DNA of 59,418 bases from Pseudolabrys sp. (GCA_036494425.1 DASXOK010000028.1:1-59418); one strand, 5' to 3'. Counted from the stretch's first letter, positions 27,357-37,365 are shown. Notes: a model not told the origin generated them from the sequence alone. Translations and numbers: made by a program.

Positions 27357-29702
27357 CTACTTCCCCGCCAATCCCTTCTGGCACGCTTCCCAGATCTTCG
27401 TCGGCGTCGCCGGCATTTCCATGTGATCGGCCGCACCGTTCGGGATCGCATCGGAGATCGCGTTCATCACCGCGGCGATTGCCGCCGTGGTGCCCGCTTC
27501 GCCCGTGCCCTTCACGCCGAGCGGATTGCTGGTCGCCGGCACCGCATAATTGAACTCGCGCAATTCCACCGGCATGATGTGCGCGCGCGGCATGCCGTAG
27601 TCCATGAACGAACCTGAGACGAGCTGCCCGCTGCCGGCGTCATAGACCGCGTTCTCGATCAGCGCCTGACCCAAGCCCTGCGCGATCGAACCTTGCACCT
27701 GGCCCTCGACAACCATCATGTCGAGCGGCGTGCCGCAGTCGTCGACCGCGGTGTAGGTGACGATCTCCATCTCGCCGCTGTCGGGATCGATCTCCACCTC
27801 GGCGATGTGGCAGCCATTGGGAAATGTAAGAGGCGTCTCCGCCTTGTCCTTGGTGTCGAGGCTCGCCGGGAGGTCGCCGCGTCCGCCGACCTCCTTCGCG
27901 CGCCGCGCAACGTCGAACAGTGAAATCTTGCGGTCGGTGCCGACCACGCTGAAATTGCCGTCCTGGTATTGAATATCGCTCTCAGAAGCTTCCAGCAGTG
28001 CGGACGCCACCTTCTTGGCTTTCGCCACCATCACATCGGCGACGTGCATGATGGCGTTGCCGGCGCACATCGCCGAGCGCGAGCCGACCGAGGCGAAGCC
28101 AGTGAGGCCCATTGCCGTGTCGCCTTGCCGGTGCTCGATCTGCGTCGCGTCGATGCCGAGCTTCTTCGCCAAGAGCCGGCCGAACACTGTCGCGTGGCTC
28201 TGGCCGGTCGACTGCACGTTGCAGCCGAGGATCAGTTTGCCGCTGTCGGGGAAAGTCACCGAGGCCTCTTCCAGCGGTATGGAGCCGGCGTGCTCCAGCA
28301 TGCAGGAAACGCCGATGCCGCGCAGCTTCTTGCGCTTGGCCGCCTCGCGCTTGCGCTTGCTGAAGTTGTCATAGTCGGAAAGTGCCAAAGCCTTGTCGAC
28401 GATGCCAGGGAAGTCGCCGCTGTCATAGACATTGCCGACGGCGGTCTTGTGCGGCATGGCCGAGGCAGGGATCAGGTTCTTCTTGCGCAGCCGCACCTTG
28501 TCGATGCCGGTGATGCGCGCGGCTTCCTCCACCACGCGCTCGAGCGCGTAATTCGCTTCGGGGCGCCCCGCGCCGCGATAGGGACCGATCGGCGTCTTGT
28601 TGGCGAAATAGCAGGCGACCGACAAGTCCACCTTGGGGATGCGGTACATGCCGGGCACGCAGCGCGCGAAGTTGTTGGTGTTGATGCCGACGCCGGCGGT
28701 GCTGACATAAGCGCCCTGGTTGCACAGATGCCGCATGCGCAAGGCGAGGAACTTGCCTTTCTCGTCCAGCGCAAGCTCTGCTTCGGTGATTGTGTCGCGC
28801 GCATGCGTGTCGGTGAGGAACGCCTCCGAGCGCGTGGACATCCAATGCACCGGCCGTCCGATCTTGCGCGCGCCGACCAGCAGCGCGGCATATTCCGGAT
28901 AGAACGGCGTCTTCATGCCGAAGGCGCCGCCGACGTCCTCGGTGATCACGCGCAGCTTCTCGTTCGGCACGCCCATCACCGCTGCGCCCTGGCCGCGCAG
29001 CGCGTCGGCGCTCTGCGAGCAGGCATGCAGCGTGTAGCCGTCGGTCGCCTTGTCGTAGACGCCGGTGCCGCCGCGTGTCTCCATCGAGGCGACGATCATG
29101 CGCTGGTTGGTGACGCGCACGCGCGCCACGTGCACGGCCTCGGCGAGGATCTTCGCCACCTCACGTTCGTTCTCCTCACTCGGCATCGTTCCCGGCCAGT
29201 CGACGATCAAGTTGCCCGGCGCTTCGTCGAAGAGCACGGTCTCGGCCTTCATCGCGGTCTCAAGATCGACCACGGGCGTCAGTTCGTCGTATTCGACGAT
29301 GACCAAGTCGGCCGCGTCCTGCGCGGCGGCAGGGGTCTCCGCCACCACCATGGCGACCGCGTCGCCGACATGCATCACCTTGTCCCCGGCGAGGGCGGGA
29401 CGGAACGGCATCGCCATCTTGGCGCCGCCGCGGCCTACCACCGGCGGATGCCGCGACACGCTGCCGACGCCGGCCGCCTTCATGTCCTCGGCCGTGAGCA
29501 CGGCCAGCACCTTTTTCACCTTGAGCGCTTCGTCCGTCTTCACCGACAGCACGCGCGCATGGGCGTGCGGCGAGCGCACGAACACAGCGTAGGCTTGGTT
29601 CGGCAGGTGCGGGTCGTCGACGAAGCGGCCGGCGCCGCGGACGAGGGCGTTGTCTTCCACGCGCGGGTGATTGTGGCTGGCGGCGGAGGCGGTCGATGTC
29701 AT
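27357..29702 (-). CDS. Xanthine dehydrogenase family Mo-binding large subunit (CoxL form II-like)
   Basis: PRVED..GAGRFVDD, VRSPHAHA, DVGGAFGMK, PYRGAGRPEA, NPLGVKGTGEAG. Confidence 0.92.
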   Translation of the reverse strand: MTSTASAASHNHPRVEDNALVRGAGRFVDDPHLPNQAYAVFVRSPHAHARVLSVKTDEALKVKKVLAVLTAEDMKAAGVGSVSRHPPVVGRGGAKMAMPFRPALAGDKVMHVGDAVAMVVAETPAAAQDAADLVIVEYDELTPVVDLETAMKAETVLFDEAPGNLIVDWPGTMPSEENEREVAKILAEAVHVARVRVTNQRMIVASMETRGGTGVYDKATDGYTLHACSQSADALRGQGAAVMGVPNEKLRVITEDVGGAFGMKTPFYPEYAALLVGARKIGRPVHWMSTRSEAFLTDTHARDTITEAELALDEKGKFLALRMRHLCNQGAYVSTAGVGINTNNFARCVPGMYRIPKVDLSVACYFANKTPIGPYRGAGRPEANYALERVVEEAARITGIDKVRLRKKNLIPASAMPHKTAVGNVYDSGDFPGIVDKALALSDYDNFSKRKREAAKRKKLRGIGVSCMLEHAGSIPLEEASVTFPDSGKLILGCNVQSTGQSHATVFGRLLAKKLGIDATQIEHRQGDTAMGLTGFASVGSRSAMCAGNAIMHVADVMVAKAKKVASALLEASESDIQYQDGNFSVVGTDRKISLFDVARRAKEVGGRGDLPASLDTKDKAETPLTFPNGCHIAEVEIDPDSGEMEIVTYTAVDDCGTPLDMMVVEGQVQGSIAQGLGQALIENAVYDAGSGQLVSGSFMDYGMPRAHIMPVELREFNYAVPATSNPLGVKGTGEAGTTAAIAAVMNAISDAIPNGAADHMEMPATPTKIWEACQKGLAGK

Positions 29703-29898
29703 GCTGGTTCCAGAGCGTTTGGCGGGTCTCAGGTCTTTGGGGGCGGACCGTAGCGCAGGAGGCCCGACCCTGGGAACCGCTTTCAGCGTTCGTCGAGGCG
29801 GGAGAAATTGTGCTTGCGCAGGGCCTTGCGCTGCAACGGAGGCTGCGGCACCAAAGCTTCTGGGCGACCGTAACAAGAATTGAATTTCAGGGGAAGAA

Positions 29899-30903
29899 AT
29901 GAGCCTACGACGCACGATCGACACCCACACCCACATTCTCACCGAGGAAACCGCCGCCCTGCTGACCAAGGCGGCGCCGAAATCACCGGTGACCATCACG
30001 CCGTATGACGCCGAGAACGCGACCCTCGACGTTGGCGGCGTCGTCTATCGGCCGTTCCCGACGGGCGGGTTCGACGTTCCCCGGCGGCTCAAGGACATGG
30101 ACGCGGCAGGCGTCGACGTGCATGTGTTGTCGGCCACGCCGCAGACCTATCTCTACGGACTCGAGCCTGCGCTCGGCGTCGTCACCTCCGCCATCCAGAA
30201 CGACCAGATGGCCAAGCACATCGCGGAGCACCCGACGCGCTTCATGGGCATCGCCACGCTGCCGATGCAGGCGCCCGACAAGGCCGCCGAGGAGCTCAGG
30301 CGCGCGATGACCAAGCTCGGCCTGCGCGGCGCCATGTTCGCCTCAAACATTCTCGGCAAGAACCTCGACGACCCGAGCTTCGAGCCGCTGTGGGCGACCG
30401 CCGAGGAGCTCGGCGCCTTCATGTTCATCCATCCGAACAACGTGGGCGGCGCCGACCGCCTCAAGTCCTATTACCTGCAAAACCTAATCGGCAATCCACT
30501 CGATACCACCATCGCCGCCGCCTGCCTCGTGTTCGGCGGCGTCCTCGACCGCCATCCGAAGCTGAACTTCATTCTCGCGCACGGCGGCGGCTTCACACCC
30601 TATCAGGCGGCGCGCTGGGAGCATGGCTGGGCGGTGCGGCCCGAGCCGAAGAAGAACGTGCCCGCGCAGCCGAAGGACATCGCCCAGCGCTTCTATTACG
30701 ACACGATCCTGCATTCGGCGCCGGTGCTGGAATTCATGATCGCGCATGTCGGCGCCGACCGCGTGATGCTCGGCAGCGACTATCCATACGACATGGGCAT
30801 GATGGATTGCGTCGCGCACGTGCGCGGGTTGAAGATCAGTGATGCCGACAAGGACACGATCCTGACCAAGCGTGCGGAAGCTCTGTTGAAGGTGAAGGCC
30901 TGA
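29899..30903 (+). CDS. Amidohydrolase-2 family (ACMSD/LigW-like decarboxylase or hydratase)
   Basis: IDTHTH, FIHP, LAHGGG, GSDYPYDMG. Confidence 0.88.
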   Translation: MSLRRTIDTHTHILTEETAALLTKAAPKSPVTITPYDAENATLDVGGVVYRPFPTGGFDVPRRLKDMDAAGVDVHVLSATPQTYLYGLEPALGVVTSAIQNDQMAKHIAEHPTRFMGIATLPMQAPDKAAEELRRAMTKLGLRGAMFASNILGKNLDDPSFEPLWATAEELGAFMFIHPNNVGGADRLKSYYLQNLIGNPLDTTIAAACLVFGGVLDRHPKLNFILAHGGGFTPYQAARWEHGWAVRPEPKKNVPAQPKDIAQRFYYDTILHSAPVLEFMIAHVGADRVMLGSDYPYDMGMMDCVAHVRGLKISDADKDTILTKRAEALLKVKA

Positions 30904-32012
30904 TGAACGCTCCTGTCAAAGCCGCTCGCATTCCTGTTGCTGCCGTCACCGGCCTCATCGTCGATGCGATGGGCAAGGCCGGTCTCTCGCCGGGCGATGC
31001 CGCCAAGGTCGCCGAACTGATGGTCGAGGCCGATCTCATCGGCGCCGACGCGCACGGCGTCTTCCGCCTGCCGCAATATGTGCATCGGCTCAAGCTCGGC
31101 TCGACCAACCCGCGCGCGACCATCAAGGTCAAGCGCAGTGCGCCGGCGACCGCGCTGGTCGATGGCGATAACGCAATGGGTCATCTGGTGATGGCGCGCG
31201 CGGCCGAAGAAGCCATCACGATGGCGCGCGAATGCGGCGTCGCCTGGGTCGGCGCGGTGCATTCGAACCATGCCGGTGCCGCCGGTGTCTATGCCGCGCT
31301 GCCGCTGAAGGCCGACATGATCGGCCTTTATTCGGCCGTGGCCAATGCCAACCACATGCCGCTCGCCGGCGGCGCCGAGCCGCTGCTCGGCACCAATCCG
31401 CTCGCCATCGCGATCCCGGCGGGCGAGGAGCCGCCGGTGGTGCTCGACATCGCCACCTCTGTCGTCTCCTACGGCACCATCAAGAACCATCGCCTGCAGA
31501 ACAAACCGTTGCACGGCGATTGGATGGTCAATCCGAAAACAGGCGAGGCGATCACCGATCCGCACAAGAGCATGGAGGCGCTCTTGCTGCCGATGGGCGG
31601 CTACAAAGGCGCGGGGCTGGCGCTGACGCTCGGCCTGCTTGCCGGCACGCTCAACGGCGCGCTGTTCGGCCGCGGCTGCGTCGACTTCAACGCCGAGCCC
31701 GAGCGCGTCACCAACACCGGGCAATTCATCGTCGTGCTCGATCCGAGCCGTTTCCAGCCGCTCGACCAGTTCAAGGCGGAAGTCGACCGCCATTCGCGCG
31801 ACCTGCGGAAGTCCAAGCCGTTGCCTGGCGGCGATCCCGTGCGTCTGCCTGGCGATCAGCGCGCCCAACGCCGTGCCGATCGTGTGCGCAATGGGCTCGC
31901 TCTGCCGCCGGAGCTCGTGGTGCAGCTCGACAAACTCGCAACGGAACTAGCGATAAGGCCGCTTCTGGAGCGCCAAATCTCATTCACAACGGACATTGGT
32001 GAGCCGCACTGA
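30903..32012 (+). CDS. Ldh_2 family oxidoreductase (malate/L-sulfolactate/ureidoglycolate DH-like)
   Basis: ADLIGADAHG, SNHAGAAG, GTNPLAIA, LDIATS, GGYKG. Confidence 0.9.
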   Translation: MNAPVKAARIPVAAVTGLIVDAMGKAGLSPGDAAKVAELMVEADLIGADAHGVFRLPQYVHRLKLGSTNPRATIKVKRSAPATALVDGDNAMGHLVMARAAEEAITMARECGVAWVGAVHSNHAGAAGVYAALPLKADMIGLYSAVANANHMPLAGGAEPLLGTNPLAIAIPAGEEPPVVLDIATSVVSYGTIKNHRLQNKPLHGDWMVNPKTGEAITDPHKSMEALLLPMGGYKGAGLALTLGLLAGTLNGALFGRGCVDFNAEPERVTNTGQFIVVLDPSRFQPLDQFKAEVDRHSRDLRKSKPLPGGDPVRLPGDQRAQRRADRVRNGLALPPELVVQLDKLATELAIRPLLERQISFTTDIGEPH

Positions 32013-32064
32013 TAACGTCAGTGCGGGGAGCGATAAATCAACAATAAATGCGGGGAGAAAACAC

Positions 32065-33036
32065 GTGAGAATTGTGTCTGCGCTGTTCAGTGTCGTTTTG
32101 AGCGTGATGCTGGCCGGAGCCGGTATCGCCCAGGCCGAGGATTGGCCAACCCGGCCCATCATGCTGATCGTTCCCTTCGCAGCGGGCGGCACCACTGACA
32201 TCGTCGGCCGTCTCGTTGCGCAGTCGTTGTCGCAGCGGCTCGGACAAACGGTGCTGGTCGAGAATGTCGGTGGTGCCGGCGGAAGTCTGGGCGCCAGCAA
32301 CGCCGCGAAGGCCGCTCCCGACGGCTACACCATCTTCATGTCGACCGTAGCCCACACCATGGCCCCGGGCATCTACAAGAAGCTCACTTATAACTTCGAG
32401 AAGGATTTCGACCCGATCACCGTCGTCGCCACGGTGCCGAATATTCTGGTCATCAACCCATCCGTGCCGGCCAAGAATGTCGCCGAGCTGTTGGCTTACA
32501 TGAAGGCCAATCCAGGCAAGGTGAACTACGGCAGCGCCGGTGTCGGCAGCACCGAGCATATGTCGGGCGAGATGTTCCGTGCGATCTCCGGCACCGACAT
32601 CGTGCATGTCCCGTATCGCGGCGGCGCGCCGATGATGGCCGATCTCGTCGCTGGTCACATTCAGATAGCGATCGAGACCAGCGGTTCGGCGACTGGCTTC
32701 ATGAAGGCGGGCACCGTGCGGGCGCTTGCGGTGAGCACCGGCCAGCGGTCAAAGCTCTTTCCCGATCTGCCGACGCTCGCCGAGTCGGGTTTGAAGGGCT
32801 ACGACGTCTCGACCTGGTACGGCTTTCTCGTTCCTAAGGGCACGCCGGATCCGATCCGCAAGAAGCTTTATGATGAGACGGCGGCGATCCTGAAGGACCC
32901 CGCCATGGTCAAGCGGCTGAACGATCTAGGCGCCGAGCCCGGCGGGGAGCCGCCGGATCAGTTCGCTGCTTTCATCCACGCTGAAACCGAGAAATGGGTA
33001 AAGCTGGCAAAAGAAGCGAGCATCTCGGCTGAGTGA
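32065..33036 (+). CDS. Bug/TctC tripartite tricarboxylate receptor
   Basis: WPTRPIMLIVPFAAGGTTD, VENVGGAGG, PDGYT, HVPYRG. Confidence 0.93.
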   Translation: MRIVSALFSVVLSVMLAGAGIAQAEDWPTRPIMLIVPFAAGGTTDIVGRLVAQSLSQRLGQTVLVENVGGAGGSLGASNAAKAAPDGYTIFMSTVAHTMAPGIYKKLTYNFEKDFDPITVVATVPNILVINPSVPAKNVAELLAYMKANPGKVNYGSAGVGSTEHMSGEMFRAISGTDIVHVPYRGGAPMMADLVAGHIQIAIETSGSATGFMKAGTVRALAVSTGQRSKLFPDLPTLAESGLKGYDVSTWYGFLVPKGTPDPIRKKLYDETAAILKDPAMVKRLNDLGAEPGGEPPDQFAAFIHAETEKWVKLAKEASISAE

Positions 33037-33043
33037 GCAAAAT

Positions 33044-33071
33044 GCGGCGGCGCGCTTCGCCGTGCCGCCGC
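33044..33071. terminator. Stem-loop between convergent Bug genes
   Basis: GCGGCGGCGCG-CTTCGC-CGTGCCGCCGC. Confidence 0.45.
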
Positions 33072-33109
33072 CATGTCGCCGCAGCGGACAACCTCGTGCG
33101 CCGCGCGGT

Positions 33110-34117
33110 CTATTCCGGTTTGTGGCCGGTCTGCTGCACGACGCGCGCCCATCGTGTCGACTCGGCGGCGAGATAGGTTTTGAAATCCTCCGGTGACTTG
33201 CTCCAGGTCGGCAGCATGCCGGCCTTTGTCATCAGGCTCTGGATCTTCGGATCGGCCATGGCGCGCGCGACTGCGGCGTGGAGCTTGGCGATGATGGGCT
33301 GCGGCGTGCCAGTGGGCGCGAACAGGCCTTGCCACGACGAGCTGACGCTGTCCGGAAAGCCAAGCTCGAGGACGGTCGGCACATTCGGAAGCAGTGGCAT
33401 TCGCTCGCGCGTGCTGACCGCGAAGGCCTTCAACTGTCCGGCCTTCACCTGCTCTGCGGCTGATGAAACGGTCACGAACATCACATCGACGGTGCCGCCG
33501 ATGAGATCGACGATGGCGGGTCCCGCGCCGCCCTTGTAGGGCACCTGCGTCATCTCCAGGCCGGCCGCCCGGCGAAAATGCTCCATCTCCAGCGTATTGA
33601 GCGTGCTGATCCCGGCGGCGGCATAATTGATTTTGCCCGGGCGGGCCTTCACATAGGCGATCATGTCCTTGAGAGAGTTGGGCGGAAATTTCGGGCTGGC
33701 GACGAGGATGCCTGGCGTCTCCGCGACGATCGACACCGGCAGGAAATCGCGGTCCGGCACCACTTTCAGATCGGGATAGAAGTGTGGGTTGATCGACACC
33801 GTGCCGACATTGCCGAGAAAGAGATTGTAGCCGTCGTGGGCGGCGCGCGCGGCCAGTTCCATCGCGATATTGCCGGCCGCACCGGGCCGATTGTCGATCA
33901 CGATCGGCTGGCCGAGTTGCTGCGACAGGCCGGGCTCGAGCATCCGGATCGCGAAGTCGGAGGCGCCGCCCGGCGCGAACGGCACGATCACGTGGATCGG
34001 TCTCTGAGGATAAGCCGCCGCGTCGTCGGCGGCTTGCGCCGCAGCGACACCGAACAACGTTGATAGTCCCAGCACGATGATCCGCACGCCCGCTGCGGCG
34101 ACCGCTTTGCACGTCAT
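33110..34117 (-). CDS. Bug/TctC tripartite tricarboxylate receptor
   Basis: YPQRPIHVIVPFAPGGASD, DNRPGAAG, QVPYKGG. Confidence 0.93.
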   Translation of the reverse strand: MTCKAVAAAGVRIIVLGLSTLFGVAAAQAADDAAAYPQRPIHVIVPFAPGGASDFAIRMLEPGLSQQLGQPIVIDNRPGAAGNIAMELAARAAHDGYNLFLGNVGTVSINPHFYPDLKVVPDRDFLPVSIVAETPGILVASPKFPPNSLKDMIAYVKARPGKINYAAAGISTLNTLEMEHFRRAAGLEMTQVPYKGGAGPAIVDLIGGTVDVMFVTVSSAAEQVKAGQLKAFAVSTRERMPLLPNVPTVLELGFPDSVSSSWQGLFAPTGTPQPIIAKLHAAVARAMADPKIQSLMTKAGMLPTWSKSPEDFKTYLAAESTRWARVVQQTGHKPE

Positions 34118-34168
34118 GGCTTGCCTCGTTCGCTGATTTCGCGCCCCTGCGATCGATCGACGGAAACC

Positions 34169-35284
34169 TTACGCCACGTCCCTTATGTCGTCCGTATCGA
34201 GCGGCAGCTTTACCGCCTGTTTGCGCTTGGCCGACAAATCCAGCGCCTTGGTCAGCATCAGGTTGCGATGCGCTTCCTCGACCGTCGCGGCCGCGGTCGG
34301 CAGCCCGAGCGCGACGCGGTTGATGAAGCTCACCGTCTCCTCCGCCATCGGCCCGCGCAGTTCGCCGAGCGCCATGTCGCCGGGCGGATAGCTGCCCATG
34401 AAATCCACCAGCCGCGAGGCGTCGGGGTTGTAGCCCTCCGACTGTGGCTTCGACACCGCCAGCACGATATCGCGATGCGTGTCGTCGATGGTGAGCACGC
34501 CGGTGGTGCCGACGATGCCGACCTCGAGCGAATAGACCGCGCCCGGCCAGGTCACCGGCAGCGCCCAAGAGATGTTGAGGTGATACACCGTGCCGTCGTC
34601 GAACATGATCATGCCGGCGGTGGCGTCGATGCCCTTGTACAAAGGCCCCAGCACCTTGTCGGTCGAGCGCGCATAGACCTCGACCGGCTTCTTGCCGTCG
34701 AGGCACCACATGCAGATGTCGAGCGCATGCGTGCCGGAGATCACCATCGGCGAAATCGTGCTTGGATCGTCGGTGCGCTTGTAGTTGTCGATCGCCACCA
34801 GCCGATTCATGAAGGCACGCGAGGTGACCATCGTCACATCGCCCAATGCGCCGGTGCGGCATTTTTCCTTCGCCGCCAGCCATCTGCGCCGAAAGCGCTG
34901 CGTGTAGCCGACCACCGCGTCTATCTTGGCGTCCTTGATCAGCTTCAACACGCGCGCGGATTCATCTAGTTTTGTGGCCAGCGGCTTCTCGATCAGCATC
35001 GGAATGCCGCGCTCGATCGCCGCCATGATCGGATCGACGTGCAGGTGCTCGTCGGTGGCGATGATAGCGCAGGTCACCTCCGGCCGCTTGATCAGTTCGA
35101 CATGGCTCTGCGTGACGAAATCGGCCTCGATCTTCGGCCCCACTTCGCCCGCGCGGTTGGGGTTCTTTTCGGCCAGCCCGATCCACTCGACCGCCGGATG
35201 CCGCGCGGCGACTTCGCCGCGGAACAAACCGACGCGCCCGCCGCCGATGATGGCAAGGCCGACGCCCTTGGCCTGCGGATTCAT
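34169..35284 (-). CDS. Gfo/Idh/MocA oxidoreductase
   Basis: IGGGRVG, EKPLA, GYTQRF, THALD. Confidence 0.9.
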   Translation of the reverse strand: MNPQAKGVGLAIIGGGRVGLFRGEVAARHPAVEWIGLAEKNPNRAGEVGPKIEADFVTQSHVELIKRPEVTCAIIATDEHLHVDPIMAAIERGIPMLIEKPLATKLDESARVLKLIKDAKIDAVVGYTQRFRRRWLAAKEKCRTGALGDVTMVTSRAFMNRLVAIDNYKRTDDPSTISPMVISGTHALDICMWCLDGKKPVEVYARSTDKVLGPLYKGIDATAGMIMFDDGTVYHLNISWALPVTWPGAVYSLEVGIVGTTGVLTIDDTHRDIVLAVSKPQSEGYNPDASRLVDFMGSYPPGDMALGELRGPMAEETVSFINRVALGLPTAAATVEEAHRNLMLTKALDLSAKRKQAVKLPLDTDDIRDVA

Positions 35285-36372
35285 ACGTTCACCCCCGCAC
35301 GGTTCTTCTTCTTCAGCTCGGCGATGCCCGAGATCGTCTCGTTAGACAGCGGCAGGTCCACCGGCTCGTTGCGGTCGGCAGACAAGTCGGCAGCGCTGTA
35401 GGTCTCCATCACGCGCCGCGCGCTCTCCGGCGTCACCATCACCGCGCTGTCGCGGATGCAGGCTTCGAGGAAGTGGATCGTCTCCGGGCCGATGCCGCCG
35501 GCATAGACGTGGTCGACCCATTCGCCCGGCATGGTCGACATGGGGAACTCCTGGCCACGCTTCTCCGTGTTGAGCCAGTTGTCGCGCTGCGTGTCATCGA
35601 GCACGAGGGCGCCGTCGGTGCCTGTGATCTCGATCCAGGTCGAGCAGTAGTTCGGATAGCTCGGCGGGAAATTCCAGCCGCCGCCGATCATCACCACCAC
35701 GCCGTTGTCCATGGTGACGGTGGTGAACATCACGTCGTGCGAGCCATTCACCGGCTTCATGTAGCCATAGGCGCCTTGGCTATAGACGCGCACGGGCTTC
35801 GCCGGCTCCAGGAGCCAGAACACGAAATCGAGGTCGTGCGTTGATTCCATCACCACCGGCGAGAGCCGCACGCGGCCGGCGATCTTCTTGCCGAGGTCGC
35901 GTGAGAGGTGGCGGCTGACCAGCACCGAGACGACGTTACCGAGCGTGCCGTCGGTGATCTTCTTCTTGGCGAAGGCGATCTTCGGGTTGAAGCGCTGCGA
36001 ATAGCCGATGGTGAATTTGAGGTTATTGCGCTTGGCGAGGTGGATGAGTTCGTCCGCCTCCCACAGCTCCAGCGCGATCGGCTTCTCCAGCATCACGTTC
36101 TTGCCGGACTTCAAGCAGTCGCGCGCGATCGGATAGTGGTTTGACTCCGGCGTGGTCGAGACATAGACCACCGAGATCTTCGGATTGTTGATGATGTCGT
36201 TGTAGTCGAGGGTCGTGGCCGCGGGATCGTACTTCGCCTTCACCTCGGCCAGCCGGTCCGGCTTGATGTCGCAGAGATGCAGCTTGTCGACCAGTGCCGT
36301 GCGCGACAGCGTCTCCGCGCGCAAGCCCCCGATCCAGCCTACGCCAATAACCGCAGCTTCCACCGTTTGCAC
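35281..36372 (-). CDS. Gfo/Idh/MocA oxidoreductase
   Basis: IGVGWIG, EKPIA, GYSQRFNP, THDLD; GTG start with GAGG RBS. Confidence 0.9.
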   Translation of the reverse strand: MQTVEAAVIGVGWIGGLRAETLSRTALVDKLHLCDIKPDRLAEVKAKYDPAATTLDYNDIINNPKISVVYVSTTPESNHYPIARDCLKSGKNVMLEKPIALELWEADELIHLAKRNNLKFTIGYSQRFNPKIAFAKKKITDGTLGNVVSVLVSRHLSRDLGKKIAGRVRLSPVVMESTHDLDFVFWLLEPAKPVRVYSQGAYGYMKPVNGSHDVMFTTVTMDNGVVVMIGGGWNFPPSYPNYCSTWIEITGTDGALVLDDTQRDNWLNTEKRGQEFPMSTMPGEWVDHVYAGGIGPETIHFLEACIRDSAVMVTPESARRVMETYSAADLSADRNEPVDLPLSNETISGIAELKKKNRAGVNV

Positions 36373-36483
36373 CTGAGCGTTTCCTCGTCTTGTTGAATTA
36401 TTGGCAGGCAGAGTAGCCGCGTTTTAGCCGAGCGCGAAAGTGAAAGATAAGCGTGCCTCCGTGGCCCGCCTGGCGATACGGTT

Positions 36484-37224
36484 TCATTTCACGAAAGCGG
36501 CCTCCCCGATACCGAACACCTGCGCTGCGAACTGCGGATAGACCTCGGCCAGTTGCGGCGCCACCACCGCGCGCATCAGCTTCAAAGTTTCCGGAGCGGG
36601 CGCCGGCGTTTCCGGCACACGCTCCGGCCGATCGAAGTCGAAGCCGGTGTGCTCGATCACTTCCTCCACCGTATGGCCGGGATGGACGCTGTCGAGCCGA
36701 AAGCGGCCATTGGCGAAGGAGAACAGGCAGCGGTTGGTCACCAGCGCGATCGGGCCGCCGGTACGATGGACGTTCGGCGCGTTGCTGCCCGGCGCACTGA
36801 TGAAGTCCACTTTCGGCACCAGCGTGCGCCGTGAATGCTCGGTGCGGAACAGAATCACCTTCGGCACAACATAATAGAGATAGGCCGAGCCGAACGAGCC
36901 GGGGAAGCGCACCTTCGGGTGCTCGTAGTCGCCGATCGAGACGAGGTTGATGTTGCCTTGGCCGTCGATCTGCCCGCCGGACAAGAAGAACACGTCGATG
37001 CGGCCTTGTCCCGCGCAGTCGAACAGCTCGCGCGCGCCGTCAGTGAAGAAATTATGCTTGCGGCTTTGTAAGAGCGAGACGTAAGAGCGGCCCTTCCCCC
37101 GTTCGCGCGCGAGTAGCGCGGCCGTCGCCGGGATCGGCGAGGCATTGCCGACGGCGACATGCCGCACATCGCCGATCAGCCGCGCGATCACGTCGGCGAG
37201 GAGTTCTTCGGGGAGGAAACTCAC
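36484..37224 (-). CDS. Class I CoA-transferase beta subunit-like (GctB/CatJ/IpdB family)
   Basis: FFLSGGQIDGQGNIN, GDYEHPKVRFPGS, HSRR, VDFISAPG, VHPG..VEEVIEHTGF. Confidence 0.85.
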   Translation of the reverse strand: MSFLPEELLADVIARLIGDVRHVAVGNASPIPATAALLARERGKGRSYVSLLQSRKHNFFTDGARELFDCAGQGRIDVFFLSGGQIDGQGNINLVSIGDYEHPKVRFPGSFGSAYLYYVVPKVILFRTEHSRRTLVPKVDFISAPGSNAPNVHRTGGPIALVTNRCLFSFANGRFRLDSVHPGHTVEEVIEHTGFDFDRPERVPETPAPAPETLKLMRAVVAPQLAEVYPQFAAQVFGIGEAAFVK

Positions 37225-37360
37225 TTATCCCTCCCCCGCTTGCGGGGGAGGGCGGTCGCCGAAGGCGACGGGGTGGGGGTGCTTCGTACGTACGCGGCGT
37301 CACCCCACCCGTCTCCGCGCTTCGCGCGGAGCCACCCTCCCCTTTCAGGGGAGGGATAAG
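37224..37360. repeat. RIME/MITE-like palindromic repeat (family B)
   Basis: Perfect 13-bp terminal IR CTTATCCCTCCCC / GGGGAGGGATAAG; two terminal hairpins plus internal arms. Confidence 0.85.
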
Positions 37361-37365
37361 AACGC

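Noticed and set aside
27357-29702. Aerobic CO dehydrogenase
   Set aside because: Has PYRGAGR rather than the form I AYxCSFR motif; no coxMS or accessory genes
32958-34883. 641-aa minus-strand ORF spanning the Gfo and Bug genes (possible fusion or frameshift)
   Set aside because: Arg/Gly-rich off-frame translation; both real genes are intact with their own starts and stops
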